Source: a virus
Lineage: Duplodnaviria; Caudoviricetes
IMG/VR virus record: IMGVR_UViG_3300017747_003845
Span: 1-26,432 of that record
Strand: one strand, 5' to 3'
DNA: 26,432 bases
Under the pieces are notes generated by a model. That model was not told the origin of the DNA, did no database searches, and worked only from the letters and a program-made list of their open reading frames with translations. Below are positions 13,775-23,164 of this stretch, piece after piece. Position numbers and translations under genes: made by a program. Position 1 is the stretch's first letter. Each line of letters starts with the position of its first letter.

Positions 13775-14508
13775 TTTGGGATTGTTTTACATATAATGGT
13801 GAAGAGGATTTGCTGAAAATAAGGTGTGAAGAGTTTTTAGGACTTGATGTAACTCATGTTTTAATTGAAAGTAATTATACATTTACCGGGAAATGGAAAT
13901 CACTTAGTTATAAAAATAAACTTCCATATAAAATTGAACATTTTGTAGCTAATCATTTACCTAATAATGGGAATGCTTGGGAAAACGAGAAAGAGCAGCG
14001 TAATCATATATTGTTTGCATTAAATCAACTAGGAGCTTCAGACAACGATATTGTAATAATATCAGATGCTGATGAAATAGTTAGGCGTTATACAATAGAG
14101 CATTATAATCCTATTGGTTCTCTTACAGCTCTTAAAATGGATACTTATAGGTATTATTTTAATTGTCTTGAGGGGAAACAAAATTGGGATATGGCTAGGG
14201 TAATGAATTTCTCATATCTTAAAACAAGAACTCCCAATGAAGTAAGAAATAGCGGGTTTGAGAGAGTCCTAAATGATTCTGGGTGGCATTTTAGTTATAT
14301 GGGAGGATATGACAAGATTATAGAAAAAATAGAATCATTTTCTCATACTGAATTAAATACAGAAGATTTTAAATCCAAGATTAAGTATAAGCAAGAAAAT
14401 TGTCAATCACTTTTTGGTGATGATTTCTGGGAAGTTGTCCAAATAGATAATTTATTCCCAAAAGAAATTGTAAATAATATTTCTGATTATAAAAAGCACA
14501 TAAGATGA
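13771..14508 (+). CDS. GT17-family (MGAT3/GnT-III-like) glycosyltransferase
   Basis: MIWDCFTYNGEEDLLKIR, ESNYTFTG, WENEKEQRN, ISDADEI and GWHFSY motifs. Confidence 0.85.
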   Translation: MIWDCFTYNGEEDLLKIRCEEFLGLDVTHVLIESNYTFTGKWKSLSYKNKLPYKIEHFVANHLPNNGNAWENEKEQRNHILFALNQLGASDNDIVIISDADEIVRRYTIEHYNPIGSLTALKMDTYRYYFNCLEGKQNWDMARVMNFSYLKTRTPNEVRNSGFERVLNDSGWHFSYMGGYDKIIEKIESFSHTELNTEDFKSKIKYKQENCQSLFGDDFWEVVQIDNLFPKEIVNNISDYKKHIR

Positions 14509-15269
14509 AATTAGCTGGAACTACATTTATCAGGAATGGGGAGACATATGATTATTGTTATTTAGAGACAATACAATGTCTTCTTGAGTTTTGTGACCAT
14601 GTATTTGTTGTTGATGCGGGAAGTGATGATGGTACATGCGAAAAAATAGAAGCCATCGATTCTCCTAATTTAACATTAATAAAACGTCCTAAAGAAGAGT
14701 GGTTTGCCCAACAAGGAACAGGGAAGACTAAACTTTGTTATTTTACTGACATAGCCTTATTGGCAGCCCAAGAAGCTGGTTATGAGTATTCATTTTATTT
14801 GCAATGTGATGAAATATTGCATGAATATTCATATAAGCCTGTACGTGAGGCTATAAAGTCAAATATCTCTGGATATTTGTGTAAGAGAATAAATCTTTGG
14901 GATAGCCCATATAAAAAGCTAAAAGTTCCCCCAAACAGAATGCCATGTTCGGGGGAAGTCGTAAGACTAACGCAAACAGAGTATCGTTCTTATGGCGATG
15001 CAGAAAGCATAGCCGTGCCAGCACTTGATAAAAGGTGGGTAGACCAGATAGTTATTTACCATATGGGATTTGTTAGGAAACGGGAAGTGATGAAAGATAA
15101 GGTAATAAACATGCAGGAAAACGTATTTGAATTAGGTCATCACGACCCAAAACTAGACTTGGATACCGTGTTTCAGCCTAAGTTTTGGTTTAGTGAAGAT
15201 GAGTTAGAACTTATTGAAGAGCCACTTCCCCAGATTATAAAAAAATGGGCCTCAGAGCGTGTATATTGA
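14505..15269 (+). CDS. GT2-family glycosyltransferase
   Basis: VFVVDAGSDDGT, YLQCDE (DxD-like) and IYHMG motifs. Confidence 0.85.
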   Translation: MKLAGTTFIRNGETYDYCYLETIQCLLEFCDHVFVVDAGSDDGTCEKIEAIDSPNLTLIKRPKEEWFAQQGTGKTKLCYFTDIALLAAQEAGYEYSFYLQCDEILHEYSYKPVREAIKSNISGYLCKRINLWDSPYKKLKVPPNRMPCSGEVVRLTQTEYRSYGDAESIAVPALDKRWVDQIVIYHMGFVRKREVMKDKVINMQENVFELGHHDPKLDLDTVFQPKFWFSEDELELIEEPLPQIIKKWASERVY

Positions 15270-15278
15270 AAAATGTAT

Positions 15279-15286
15279 TAATTTTG
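15279..15286 (+). promoter_or_regulatory. -7 promoter box, leaderless start
   Basis: TAATTTTG is 3 nt before the ATG at 15290. Confidence 0.55.
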
Positions 15287-15289
15287 GGT

Positions 15290-15601
15290 ATGGCAAAGAT
15301 TAGAGTAAAGTCAGCAGCTTGGCAGCGTAAGGAGGGGAAGAACCCAGAAGGGGGGCTTAATGCTAAAGGGCGGGCTTCGTACCACGCTGAAACTGGAGGC
15401 ACATTAAAAGCTCCGGTTAAGTCTGGAGATAATCCTCGCCGGGCTAGCTTTTTAGCTAGAATGGGCGGAATGCCCGGGCCTGAGTATAAAAATGGTAAAC
15501 CTACCAGACTTTTACTATCTTTGAAGGCGTGGGGAGCATCCTCCAAAGCTGATGCAAAAGCAAAAGCTAAAAATATTTCTGAAAGAAATAAAAACAAATA
15601 A
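15290..15601 (+). CDS. DUF6321-like small basic phage protein
   Basis: AWQRKEGKNPEGGLNAKGRASY...LKAPV...RRASFLARM...RLLLSLKAWG. Start reassigned to 15290. Confidence 0.8.
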   Translation: MAKIRVKSAAWQRKEGKNPEGGLNAKGRASYHAETGGTLKAPVKSGDNPRRASFLARMGGMPGPEYKNGKPTRLLLSLKAWGASSKADAKAKAKNISERNKNK

Positions 15602-15602
15602 A

Positions 15603-15764
15603 TTGGAAAACAAACCTCCAATTAAGGCTGTAAACAAAACTAAGATTGTCGTAAAAGTAAAAAAGACAATTCCAGACGCTATGGCTTCTCAGATGAAAAG
15701 TCAGGCAAAAGATAATTACAGGAAAGAATTAGGCAATAAACTATCTAAAAAAATAAAATTGTAA
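15603..15764 (+). CDS. Small basic hypothetical protein
   Basis: Fills the gap between neighbours. Probable TTG start at 15603 (start uncertain). Contains KTKIVVKVKK. Confidence 0.55.
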   Translation: MENKPPIKAVNKTKIVVKVKKTIPDAMASQMKSQAKDNYRKELGNKLSKKIKL

Positions 15765-15767
15765 AAA

Positions 15768-16028
15768 ATGGACAATATTAAAAAATTTAAAGTAAAAGCT
15801 AAAGTTGCTCCCGGAGAATTAAATTTAGAAGCTCGCCGTCTTCGCGCAGAAAATCTTCGTAAAATGGGCGAAGGAGATGACCTTAAAACTGAGGCTCGTA
15901 AATTACGTGCTAAAAATCTTCGCGCTGAAAATCTCAAAGAAGATGCTCGCTCTTTGCGCGCCAGCAACCTTAGAAGCAAAAATGAAGCTTCTATCGTTGA
16001 GCGTATGATGAAGAAGAAAAAACCATAG
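15768..16028 (+). CDS. Small basic protein with (E/D)ARxLRAxNL repeats
   Basis: Three to four internal repeats; A-rich start context. Confidence 0.75.
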   Translation: MDNIKKFKVKAKVAPGELNLEARRLRAENLRKMGEGDDLKTEARKLRAKNLRAENLKEDARSLRASNLRSKNEASIVERMMKKKKP

Positions 16029-16032
16029 TAAA

Positions 16033-16491
16033 ATGGCAATCAACCCTGAAAAAAAGAAAAAACGCATTAAGGTTAAGGTAAAGCCGGGGCAGGATGCTCC
16101 CAAAATACCTTCTGGATTTGAGCGTAATCCTGAGCGGAGCAAGCCCGGTAAGGATGTATATATCCGTAAAACAGAGCAATTTAAAACAACTCCAGTAGAT
16201 GAAGGTCAAGGGAGGGAGGCTACTGCTAAAGAAAAAAGCGCAATGGTTGCGGGCACTTTTTACGGCCCTAACGAAGCTCAATACAGAGAGCCAAAAACTT
16301 CTGTAAGCACTTCTAAGGAAGAAATGATTGTAAAAAAGAAGGAGCCTAAGTACAAAGAAGAAGCTCCGCCCAAGGTCACTGCGGCAGAGCGTAGGGCTTC
16401 TCGCCAAGGGTCTAGAGAAATGCGTGGTAAAAAACAAGCAGGGGGTAGTTGCCCTACTGGCCGTGGTCGAATTAGTCGTGCTCGTTATTGA
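16033..16491 (+). CDS. Basic, low-complexity hypothetical protein
   Basis: 152-aa K/R/E/P-rich ORF in operon packing. Confidence 0.75.
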   Translation: MAINPEKKKKRIKVKVKPGQDAPKIPSGFERNPERSKPGKDVYIRKTEQFKTTPVDEGQGREATAKEKSAMVAGTFYGPNEAQYREPKTSVSTSKEEMIVKKKEPKYKEEAPPKVTAAERRASRQGSREMRGKKQAGGSCPTGRGRISRARY

Positions 16492-16551
16492 TATTTTAAG
16501 CAGCGGGAAGCAATTCCCGCTGTTATTTATACCTAAGACAAAAAACATTTT

Positions 16552-17217
16552 ATGTCTGAACTTAAATACGTTCAAGGCAAGGTTATTATTAGCGTAGATT
16601 TAGAAAGTAAGAATAGCCATACCTTTGAAGATGGAACTAAAATACGTCTTGAAAGGCAGTGGAATAATTTGAACAAGAGGGAAACGCACCCTGTAAATGC
16701 TATTGTTATAAGTGGGGAAGGCATGAAATCTGGTAGCCAGATTTTGATACACCCAAATATGACTCATGACACTTACAAAATCCATGATTATGCCCCGCTT
16801 TCTGGTCAGGTGGAGGGTAGCGACATAAAGTATTATTCGATTCCTGAAGAACAATGTTATGCTTGGTTGGATGGGGATGAATGGAAGCCTCTTAAGAATT
16901 TTGATTTTGCTCTTCGGGTATTTATACCGTATACTGGCCCCATAGATGGCATTGAGCCATCTATGGTGAAAGATGTATTGTATGTTAGTACTGGGGAATT
17001 TAAGGGGAAAGTGGTCCATACTTTGAAATCTTGTGATTATGAGATTATATTTCAGGGAACTAATGGTAGAGAAGAAAGATTGATACGTTTCCGTCATTTC
17101 CCGGGCCAAGAGCATGAAAGAGAAGAAGTTATAGCTGTTGATGAATATTTAACTAAAAGAGTTAATAATAAAGAATTGATAGTAGGATTAACCCCAACAA
17201 ATGCTACAACTATATGA
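16552..17217 (+). CDS. GroES-like protein (putative capsid co-chaperonin)
   Basis: Beta-rich pattern (AIVISGEGMKSGSQILIHPN) and position just before the terminase genes, as for GroES-like genes of crAss-related phages. Weak sequence support. Confidence 0.45.
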   Translation: MSELKYVQGKVIISVDLESKNSHTFEDGTKIRLERQWNNLNKRETHPVNAIVISGEGMKSGSQILIHPNMTHDTYKIHDYAPLSGQVEGSDIKYYSIPEEQCYAWLDGDEWKPLKNFDFALRVFIPYTGPIDGIEPSMVKDVLYVSTGEFKGKVVHTLKSCDYEIIFQGTNGREERLIRFRHFPGQEHEREEVIAVDEYLTKRVNNKELIVGLTPTNATTI

Positions 17218-17555
17218 TGACAGACGCTGCGAAAAGCATTCTTGAAAATGAAATTAAAAGCTTGGAGACTAAGCTTAAAGGGTACGAAGAAAATGGTGCT
17301 GCAAAGCTTTTTTATAGTCTTCAACGCAAAGCAAACGAAATGGCTGATTTGCTTAATGGCAATAGTTTGGCTAAAATAAATCTAGATGACCCTAAAGACA
17401 AGAGTTTTGACCGTATCTTTAAGATATTAGAGAAAAGCCAGACAGTTAGTGAATCAATTAAAGCGCTTCGCGAATCTGCTGGTATCACTGGGAATGAAAA
17501 AGCTGACGTAGAAAAGAAACCTTTTTTAGATAGAATAGCTGATAAAAGAGATTAA
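17214..17555 (+). CDS. Helical protein, candidate terminase small subunit
   Basis: 113-aa alpha-helical ORF shortly upstream of terL; the assignment is positional. Confidence 0.5.
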   Translation: MMTDAAKSILENEIKSLETKLKGYEENGAAKLFYSLQRKANEMADLLNGNSLAKINLDDPKDKSFDRIFKILEKSQTVSESIKALRESAGITGNEKADVEKKPFLDRIADKRD

Positions 17556-17556
17556 A

Positions 17557-17679
17557 ATGGCGAAGATTACAGGCTCTTCAAATAAAGTTACGTTTGGTCG
17601 TAGAAAAGGCGGCAAAGCTCGCAAAAGCCGCAACAAAAACGACAGAAAAGAACGCAACTATAGAGGTCAAGGGCGTTAA
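17557..17679 (+). CDS. 40-aa basic protein ending in YRGQGR (widespread phage family)
   Basis: Below the ORF-track size cutoff. MAKITGSSNKVTFGRRKGGKARKSRNKNDRKERNYRGQGR exactly fills the gap before terL. Confidence 0.8.
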   Translation: MAKITGSSNKVTFGRRKGGKARKSRNKNDRKERNYRGQGR

Positions 17680-17684
17680 TATAT

Positions 17685-19751
17685 ATGGCTCAATTCGAGG
17701 AAATATATGGCGTTAAAATAAAACTGCCAGAACTTCCCCCGCAAGAACAAATCTTAAATTGGGATTTACCCAAAGAAGAGCAGTTGTGGGTCAGGGAAGA
17801 ACTGCCGTCTTTTTTTGAAAAAGTAGAATATAATAAGGCAGGGGATTTAATACTTACGGAGCCGCAAGAAGAGTACGCTACAAGGGAACTTATAAGATGC
17901 AAAAGCGGCCTTTGGATTTGTATAAACGGCAATCAGTACTACATAACTAGAAAGTACTATTTCTATCTTCAATGGTGGACGCTTGAGGACGGAACAAGGC
18001 CAGAGTATCGAGATTGCGACAGGAGGTATTTCTTATACTTAGAGCATTGGGAAAATATGCTTTGGTGCTTGGGCGTTATTCGCGGTAAAAAGCGTCGTGA
18101 GGGTGCGTCTTCCCAAGCCACATCAAATCTAGTATACGAGGCTATTTTCTACAAGAACTCAAACTGCGGTTTGATTTCAAAATCTAATGAGGACGGTAGG
18201 GCTACGTTTACGGAGATGGTTGCCTATGGTTACAGGCAGCTTCCTGCATTCCTAAAGCCAAAGCAGTTGAACAGGGAAGATACGGTTACTGAGCTCGTAT
18301 TTGCTCAAAAGGCGGCATCTGGCAAGGATGGTGGTATCAAGTCTACCCAAAAAGAAGATGAGGGGAATAGGTCTAAAATTAACTACCGGGCTCCAGTACT
18401 AAACGCATATGACCGTGGTCGTATGAGCCGTATCTTATTGGATGAGTTTGGTAAGCTTGAGAAAGACGTACCCACGTCTCAATTATTCGCCATCGTATCA
18501 AAAACGCTTGTAAAGGGAGTAAAACGCGTAGGATTTGTGGAAATGCCGTCTACCGTCAACAAGATGACCAAGGGCGGTTCTGAGTTTAAGATGATTTGGG
18601 AAAAGGCGGATTTGGGTAAAAAGGTCCCAACAGTAAACCGTCTTGTAAGGTACTTCAGCCCAGCTTTTGACGGGTATGAGGGTTTTATTGACAAGTATGG
18701 CTTCAGTGTCATGAATTCCCCTACAGAAGAACAGGCATCGTATCTTATTGAAAAGTGGGTTAGAAAAGACGATGAGGGTAACACTATAAGTGAACTTTCT
18801 GAAGAGGACATAAAGCTAGGCGCTCGCGCGTACATACAGAAAAGACGAGAGGGAAGAGAAGGGGATGACCTAGAGGAAGAGATTCGTATGAATCCCTGCA
18901 ATGAAGTTGAGCTGTTTATGTCAGCTAACGCTGATTGCATTTTCAACGTCGTTAAAATAAATGAGCAAATAGAATATCTTAAAAACAACAATATTTACAA
19001 AAGGAAAGTCATGTTCTATCGGGACATAGACCAAAAGGCGAAATGGAGGGATATTAGGTCCGGAGAGGAAAATTTTTGTTGGGAATTCGTGAGTGAATTG
19101 AATTTAAAGGGGGAAGACAATAAATGCTATTGGGATGGCCCATTTAAAAAGCCATCAAGGACTGATATCGGGGTTATTGGAGTGGATAGTTACTCAAATA
19201 GCCAAGGCGGGAAAAAATATGGTTCTAAGGCGGCTGCTTGGGTATATATGAAGTATGACCTTAGAGACCCGCAAAATACAGGTCTATTTACGGCGCATCT
19301 TTACGGACGACCTTCTGAGAAAGACGACTTGCACAACCAAATTATGTTGTGTGCGGAATATTTGGGTTATCAGATTTACATAGAATTTGTGGCTGACGAC
19401 TACTATTCCTATTACAAGGATAGGGGGAAGTTAGGGTACTTGGCTAAATTCCCTCTTAGCGCAATAGACCCAAATAAAAGGAAAGGGGCTGCCACGGAAA
19501 GGCACTACGGGTTCCCTGTCACAGATTTTGCCATGACAAAGCAGAACGACGCTATGATTAGCTACGTGGAACATTATTGCGACAAAATTTATTGGATTGA
19601 CCTTTTGGAAGACCTTAAGCTTTTCGACCCACAAAAGCGTACCCCTAGCGACAGAACGGTTAGTGCTATGATTGCATTAGTTGGCGGGCTAGAGCCAGTG
19701 TATAAACCACCACCCCCCCCTACCCCACTTGTAAAGCTTTATCCTCGTTAA
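17685..19751 (+). CDS. terL: Terminase large subunit
   Basis: Walker-A variant KKRREGAS, Walker B ILLDEFGK, coupling motif PST and RNase H-like nuclease IGVDSYS. It precedes the portal. Confidence 0.9.
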   Translation: MAQFEEIYGVKIKLPELPPQEQILNWDLPKEEQLWVREELPSFFEKVEYNKAGDLILTEPQEEYATRELIRCKSGLWICINGNQYYITRKYYFYLQWWTLEDGTRPEYRDCDRRYFLYLEHWENMLWCLGVIRGKKRREGASSQATSNLVYEAIFYKNSNCGLISKSNEDGRATFTEMVAYGYRQLPAFLKPKQLNREDTVTELVFAQKAASGKDGGIKSTQKEDEGNRSKINYRAPVLNAYDRGRMSRILLDEFGKLEKDVPTSQLFAIVSKTLVKGVKRVGFVEMPSTVNKMTKGGSEFKMIWEKADLGKKVPTVNRLVRYFSPAFDGYEGFIDKYGFSVMNSPTEEQASYLIEKWVRKDDEGNTISELSEEDIKLGARAYIQKRREGREGDDLEEEIRMNPCNEVELFMSANADCIFNVVKINEQIEYLKNNNIYKRKVMFYRDIDQKAKWRDIRSGEENFCWEFVSELNLKGEDNKCYWDGPFKKPSRTDIGVIGVDSYSNSQGGKKYGSKAAAWVYMKYDLRDPQNTGLFTAHLYGRPSEKDDLHNQIMLCAEYLGYQIYIEFVADDYYSYYKDRGKLGYLAKFPLSAIDPNKRKGAATERHYGFPVTDFAMTKQNDAMISYVEHYCDKIYWIDLLEDLKLFDPQKRTPSDRTVSAMIALVGGLEPVYKPPPPPTPLVKLYPR

Positions 19752-19775
19752 AAAAAATTTTTTAAGAAAAAAACT

Positions 19776-19783
19776 TATATTTG
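19776..19783 (+). promoter_or_regulatory. -7 promoter box upstream of portal
   Basis: TATATTTG in an AT-rich intergenic region. Confidence 0.55.
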
Positions 19784-19822
19784 TTCTGGAATAGTGGGTT
19801 AATTTTATTTAAAAAGTAATAA

Positions 19823-22303
19823 ATGCAGCAGAATTCTGCTCAAATACTGAAGGATTTCCAGTTGAAAGATTTGTCAATTAAAGATAAATCTGACTGGGGT
19901 TACGGTAAGCAATTAGCTCAATATATTAATACCACTATTACAGGTGGTATCTCTAGTTACTTCTGGGTTAGAAATGCTCGCTGGCGTACTAATCGCGGTT
20001 ACGCAAATGGCCGTATCCCTATGAGTAAATTCCAAGATTTGTTGGAATTTAACGGGAAGGTTAATTATATCAATATTAACTGGCAGTCAATCAACGTAGT
20101 CAATCGAGTTGTTTCTGGGCTTGTTGGACGTTGGATGTCTCGTTCTGAAAAGATTAAGGTTACTGCAACGGATTCCCTGTCAGTAAAAGAAAAGAAAGAC
20201 CAGCTTGATGATATCGAGTTTATGGTTAGCAATCGGGAAATGCTGGAAGAGCTTGAGCGAGATTCTGGCGTACAGACGCTTCCCAAGGGTGAACAACTCC
20301 CTGCTGACCAAGAAGAATTACTGATTTGGAAAGAGCAGTTTCAGCGTTTGCCAGAGGAGATTGAGTATGAGATGAAGTGTAACGACATTCTTGCTGCTAA
20401 TGGCTTCTTTGATGTTATGAAGGAGAAGATGCTTCATGATTCTGCTACTACCGGATTTGTCGGCACCTATACTTATATGGACGACCAAGGAGTGGTACAC
20501 GTAGAACTGCTGAAGCCTGAGAACTGTTTTTATTCATATTCAAACTATAATGATTTCCGAGATACTACTTGGCGTGGCGTTATTCGCACTATGAAAATTA
20601 GTGAGATACGTCGTCGTTATGGTAAAGAATTCGGGGGTAAAATATCTGAAGAGGAAATCTGGAAGATTGCACAATTTGCAAAAGAGTTTCAGCTTTACGA
20701 CAATATTACTTGGCTCACAGAATGGAACGTAACATTCCTCCGCCCTTATGATGAATGGAATATCGACATTTTAGAGTTTGAGCTTAAGACTGTAGATAGC
20801 GAGCCTTATACGGTTGTTACAACTAAGAAGAATAAGAGTACAATTGTAAAAAAGGGAAGACCTGAGAAAGTGAGCGATAATGAGGAAGTAATCGCTGATA
20901 CTAAATGGAATATCTATCGTGGCGTATTCTGCCGTCAGCTTAATATGATGCTTGAATGGGGATTGAAAAAGAACATGATTCGTCCTCAAGACCCTAAAGA
21001 AATTGGTAATGCCGAGTTCTCATATAGTTTCTATATGGTTCAGAACTACGACATGACTTCCCTAGCCATCCCTGAAAAAATTCAAGAACCAGTAGACCAA
21101 ATGATTATTGCTCGCCTAAAGATGCAGCAATTAGTCGCTAAGATGCGTCCTGTAGGCTCCTTGATTAACTGGGATGCTATTCAAAATATTGATTATGGTC
21201 TGGGGGATGGCAACAAAGCCATAGATGTCAAAAAGCTCTATGACCAAACTGGTGACCTTTATTATCGTGGTCGTGATGCTGAGGGAAATCCTGTTCCTGT
21301 TCCTGTGACAGAGCTTGCAAACAGCGGATTTATCAGCCAATTGCAAGGCCTTATAATGCTTTATGATAAGCACTATTCTATTTTGAGAGATGAGTTAGGT
21401 GAAGACCCGAATCTCATTTCCCAAGCAATTCAACCGCGCGTAGCAGTTTCAAACATCGATACAGCTCAACAGGCTGCTCAGTTTGCTACTGACTATTTTT
21501 ATTGGGCCTATACAAACTGTATTGCAGATACGGCTAAAAAGATTTCTTGTCTTTTGAAATCTTCCGTAACTCATGGAGCTGAAGTATATCGTGATATCTC
21601 AAAAGATACCATCAAGCAACGAATGTTCTCCACGCGTATTCAATTGCTCCCTGACCAAGGAGAAATGATGCGTTTTGAGGCTATGCTCAATCAGGCGATG
21701 GCTACGAATCCTGATTTTGTGATGTATCTTGACCCATTCCAAATCATGCGAGTGGCTAAAGAAGACATCAAGCTGGCTGAAGCTATTTTCCGTCGAGCTC
21801 AAAAGAAGATGATTGTTACGCAGCAGCAAATTGCAATGCAGAACCAGCAGATGACATTCCAAGGTCAGGCGCAGGCTTCTCAAATTGCTGAAGAGGCTAA
21901 ACGTCAGACTAAAGAATTGGAAGGCCAAATTGATATTAAACGCGCACAAGTAAATGCAGAAGCGCAAAACAGAACTAGCGTATTACAAATGGCTACTGCT
22001 CTGTATATGAAACAAATCGAGAGTGGGCAGCCAATTCCCGCAGAACTACAACCCCTAATCCAAGCGGTTATGGAGAATGTAGCCTTGTCTGCGGTAGTAT
22101 CTACTGACGAGCAAAAGCAAGTAATTGCAGCCCAAATGCAAGCTGCCGCCCAACAACAGCAGGCTATGATGCAGCAACAAGGAGGTATGCCAGAAGGAGA
22201 AATGACGGAAGAAGAAATGATGCAGCAAGAGCAGCCAGTAGATGGCGGAGAGGAAATGGTTTCTGAAGAACAAACAGAAGAAGCACCACTTCCACCACAA
22301 TAA
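19823..22303 (+). CDS. Portal protein
   Basis: 826-aa gene following terL, with crAss-like portal features (YININW, YDQTGDLYYR), a long C-terminal Q-rich coiled coil and an acidic tail. Confidence 0.85.
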   Translation: MQQNSAQILKDFQLKDLSIKDKSDWGYGKQLAQYINTTITGGISSYFWVRNARWRTNRGYANGRIPMSKFQDLLEFNGKVNYININWQSINVVNRVVSGLVGRWMSRSEKIKVTATDSLSVKEKKDQLDDIEFMVSNREMLEELERDSGVQTLPKGEQLPADQEELLIWKEQFQRLPEEIEYEMKCNDILAANGFFDVMKEKMLHDSATTGFVGTYTYMDDQGVVHVELLKPENCFYSYSNYNDFRDTTWRGVIRTMKISEIRRRYGKEFGGKISEEEIWKIAQFAKEFQLYDNITWLTEWNVTFLRPYDEWNIDILEFELKTVDSEPYTVVTTKKNKSTIVKKGRPEKVSDNEEVIADTKWNIYRGVFCRQLNMMLEWGLKKNMIRPQDPKEIGNAEFSYSFYMVQNYDMTSLAIPEKIQEPVDQMIIARLKMQQLVAKMRPVGSLINWDAIQNIDYGLGDGNKAIDVKKLYDQTGDLYYRGRDAEGNPVPVPVTELANSGFISQLQGLIMLYDKHYSILRDELGEDPNLISQAIQPRVAVSNIDTAQQAAQFATDYFYWAYTNCIADTAKKISCLLKSSVTHGAEVYRDISKDTIKQRMFSTRIQLLPDQGEMMRFEAMLNQAMATNPDFVMYLDPFQIMRVAKEDIKLAEAIFRRAQKKMIVTQQQIAMQNQQMTFQGQAQASQIAEEAKRQTKELEGQIDIKRAQVNAEAQNRTSVLQMATALYMKQIESGQPIPAELQPLIQAVMENVALSAVVSTDEQKQVIAAQMQAAAQQQQAMMQQQGGMPEGEMTEEEMMQQEQPVDGGEEMVSEEQTEEAPLPPQ

Positions 22304-22312
22304 AAAAAATCT

Positions 22313-22320
22313 TAAATTTG
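22313..22320 (+). promoter_or_regulatory. -7 promoter box upstream of the head-gene cluster
   Basis: TAAATTTG 17 nt before the ATG at 22338. Confidence 0.55.
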
Positions 22321-22337
22321 TATAAAATAATAATAAA

Positions 22338-22607
22338 ATGCCTACAATATCTATTACCAACCAAGTCACCTCTCAAGCCCTTCGAGGCCAAAATGTAAAG
22401 ATTACTGTTGATTTGACTACGCAATCAGCTGAATTTGCGCAATTACAAGTTGGCCAGTTGGCTAGTTGCAATGGGAATCCTACTTGTTATGTTTATAGTA
22501 TTGACGCATTTGGGAATACATTTGAGGTTGCTCCTAGGCAATTAGATTTTTCCGTAGGTACTAATGGATATGTAGAAAGTAATATCGATATTGACGTAAC
22601 AATTTAA
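22338..22607 (+). CDS. Small beta-rich hypothetical (putative virion) protein
   Basis: T/V/S/Q-rich 89-aa ORF in the head module. Confidence 0.7.
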   Translation: MPTISITNQVTSQALRGQNVKITVDLTTQSAEFAQLQVGQLASCNGNPTCYVYSIDAFGNTFEVAPRQLDFSVGTNGYVESNIDIDVTI

Positions 22608-22619
22608 AAATAAAAAATC

Positions 22620-22997
22620 ATGTCAGTTCAAATTGTTTTAGATGTAACTAACGAATATAATAGCGGACTAGAATCCGGAACACCAAAAATAGTAAAATTG
22701 GATATTGGTGGTTTTGATTATGCCGTTATTCAAGCTCCGGGTGCATCAAATGATATTGCCATTTCTTCAACGAATGATTCTGGAGACATCCAAGGGGTAT
22801 CAGACGGTAGTGCCGTTTCATCAACAAATTATGTTGCAATTCAAGGTGTTGATTTAACTAGCGGCACATTGGTTGGTAATATAGGCGACAATCAGCTTGT
22901 TAGATTTCAATCTGTAGGCAGATATTTATTACTTGATGGTACTGCTGATAGTGTGACCGTAACCAAACTTCTTGTTCGTCTTTATAAAATTCATTAA
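22620..22997 (+). CDS. Beta-sandwich-like hypothetical (putative virion) protein
   Basis: 125-aa G/S/V/T-rich ORF in the head module. Confidence 0.7.
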   Translation: MSVQIVLDVTNEYNSGLESGTPKIVKLDIGGFDYAVIQAPGASNDIAISSTNDSGDIQGVSDGSAVSSTNYVAIQGVDLTSGTLVGNIGDNQLVRFQSVGRYLLLDGTADSVTVTKLLVRLYKIH

Positions 22998-22999
22998 TC

Positions 23000-23164
23000 A
23001 TGTCAAAGATTGTAAAAATCAAAGTAAAGAAGCAGGAACCAGTTCCCGCTAAAGTTAAATCAGCTATGGGTCGTCCTTTATCTCAAAAAGAACGGGAAAT
23101 GGAGATGATGAAAGAGCTTAACAAGAAAGGGGCTATGCCCCCATCTCAAAAAAACATTGGATAA
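23000..23164 (+). CDS. 54-aa basic hypothetical protein
   Basis: Below the track cutoff. MSKIVKIKVKKQEPVPAKVKSAMGRPLSQKEREMEMMKELNKKGAMPPSQKNIG, with TAATG coupling to the next gene. Confidence 0.7.
   Translation: MSKIVKIKVKKQEPVPAKVKSAMGRPLSQKEREMEMMKELNKKGAMPPSQKNIG

Noticed and set aside
19708-19728. C-run at the end of terL as a frameshift or phase-variation site
   Set aside because: It encodes an in-frame proline-rich tail a few codons before the stop, and no alternative-frame extension is evident.
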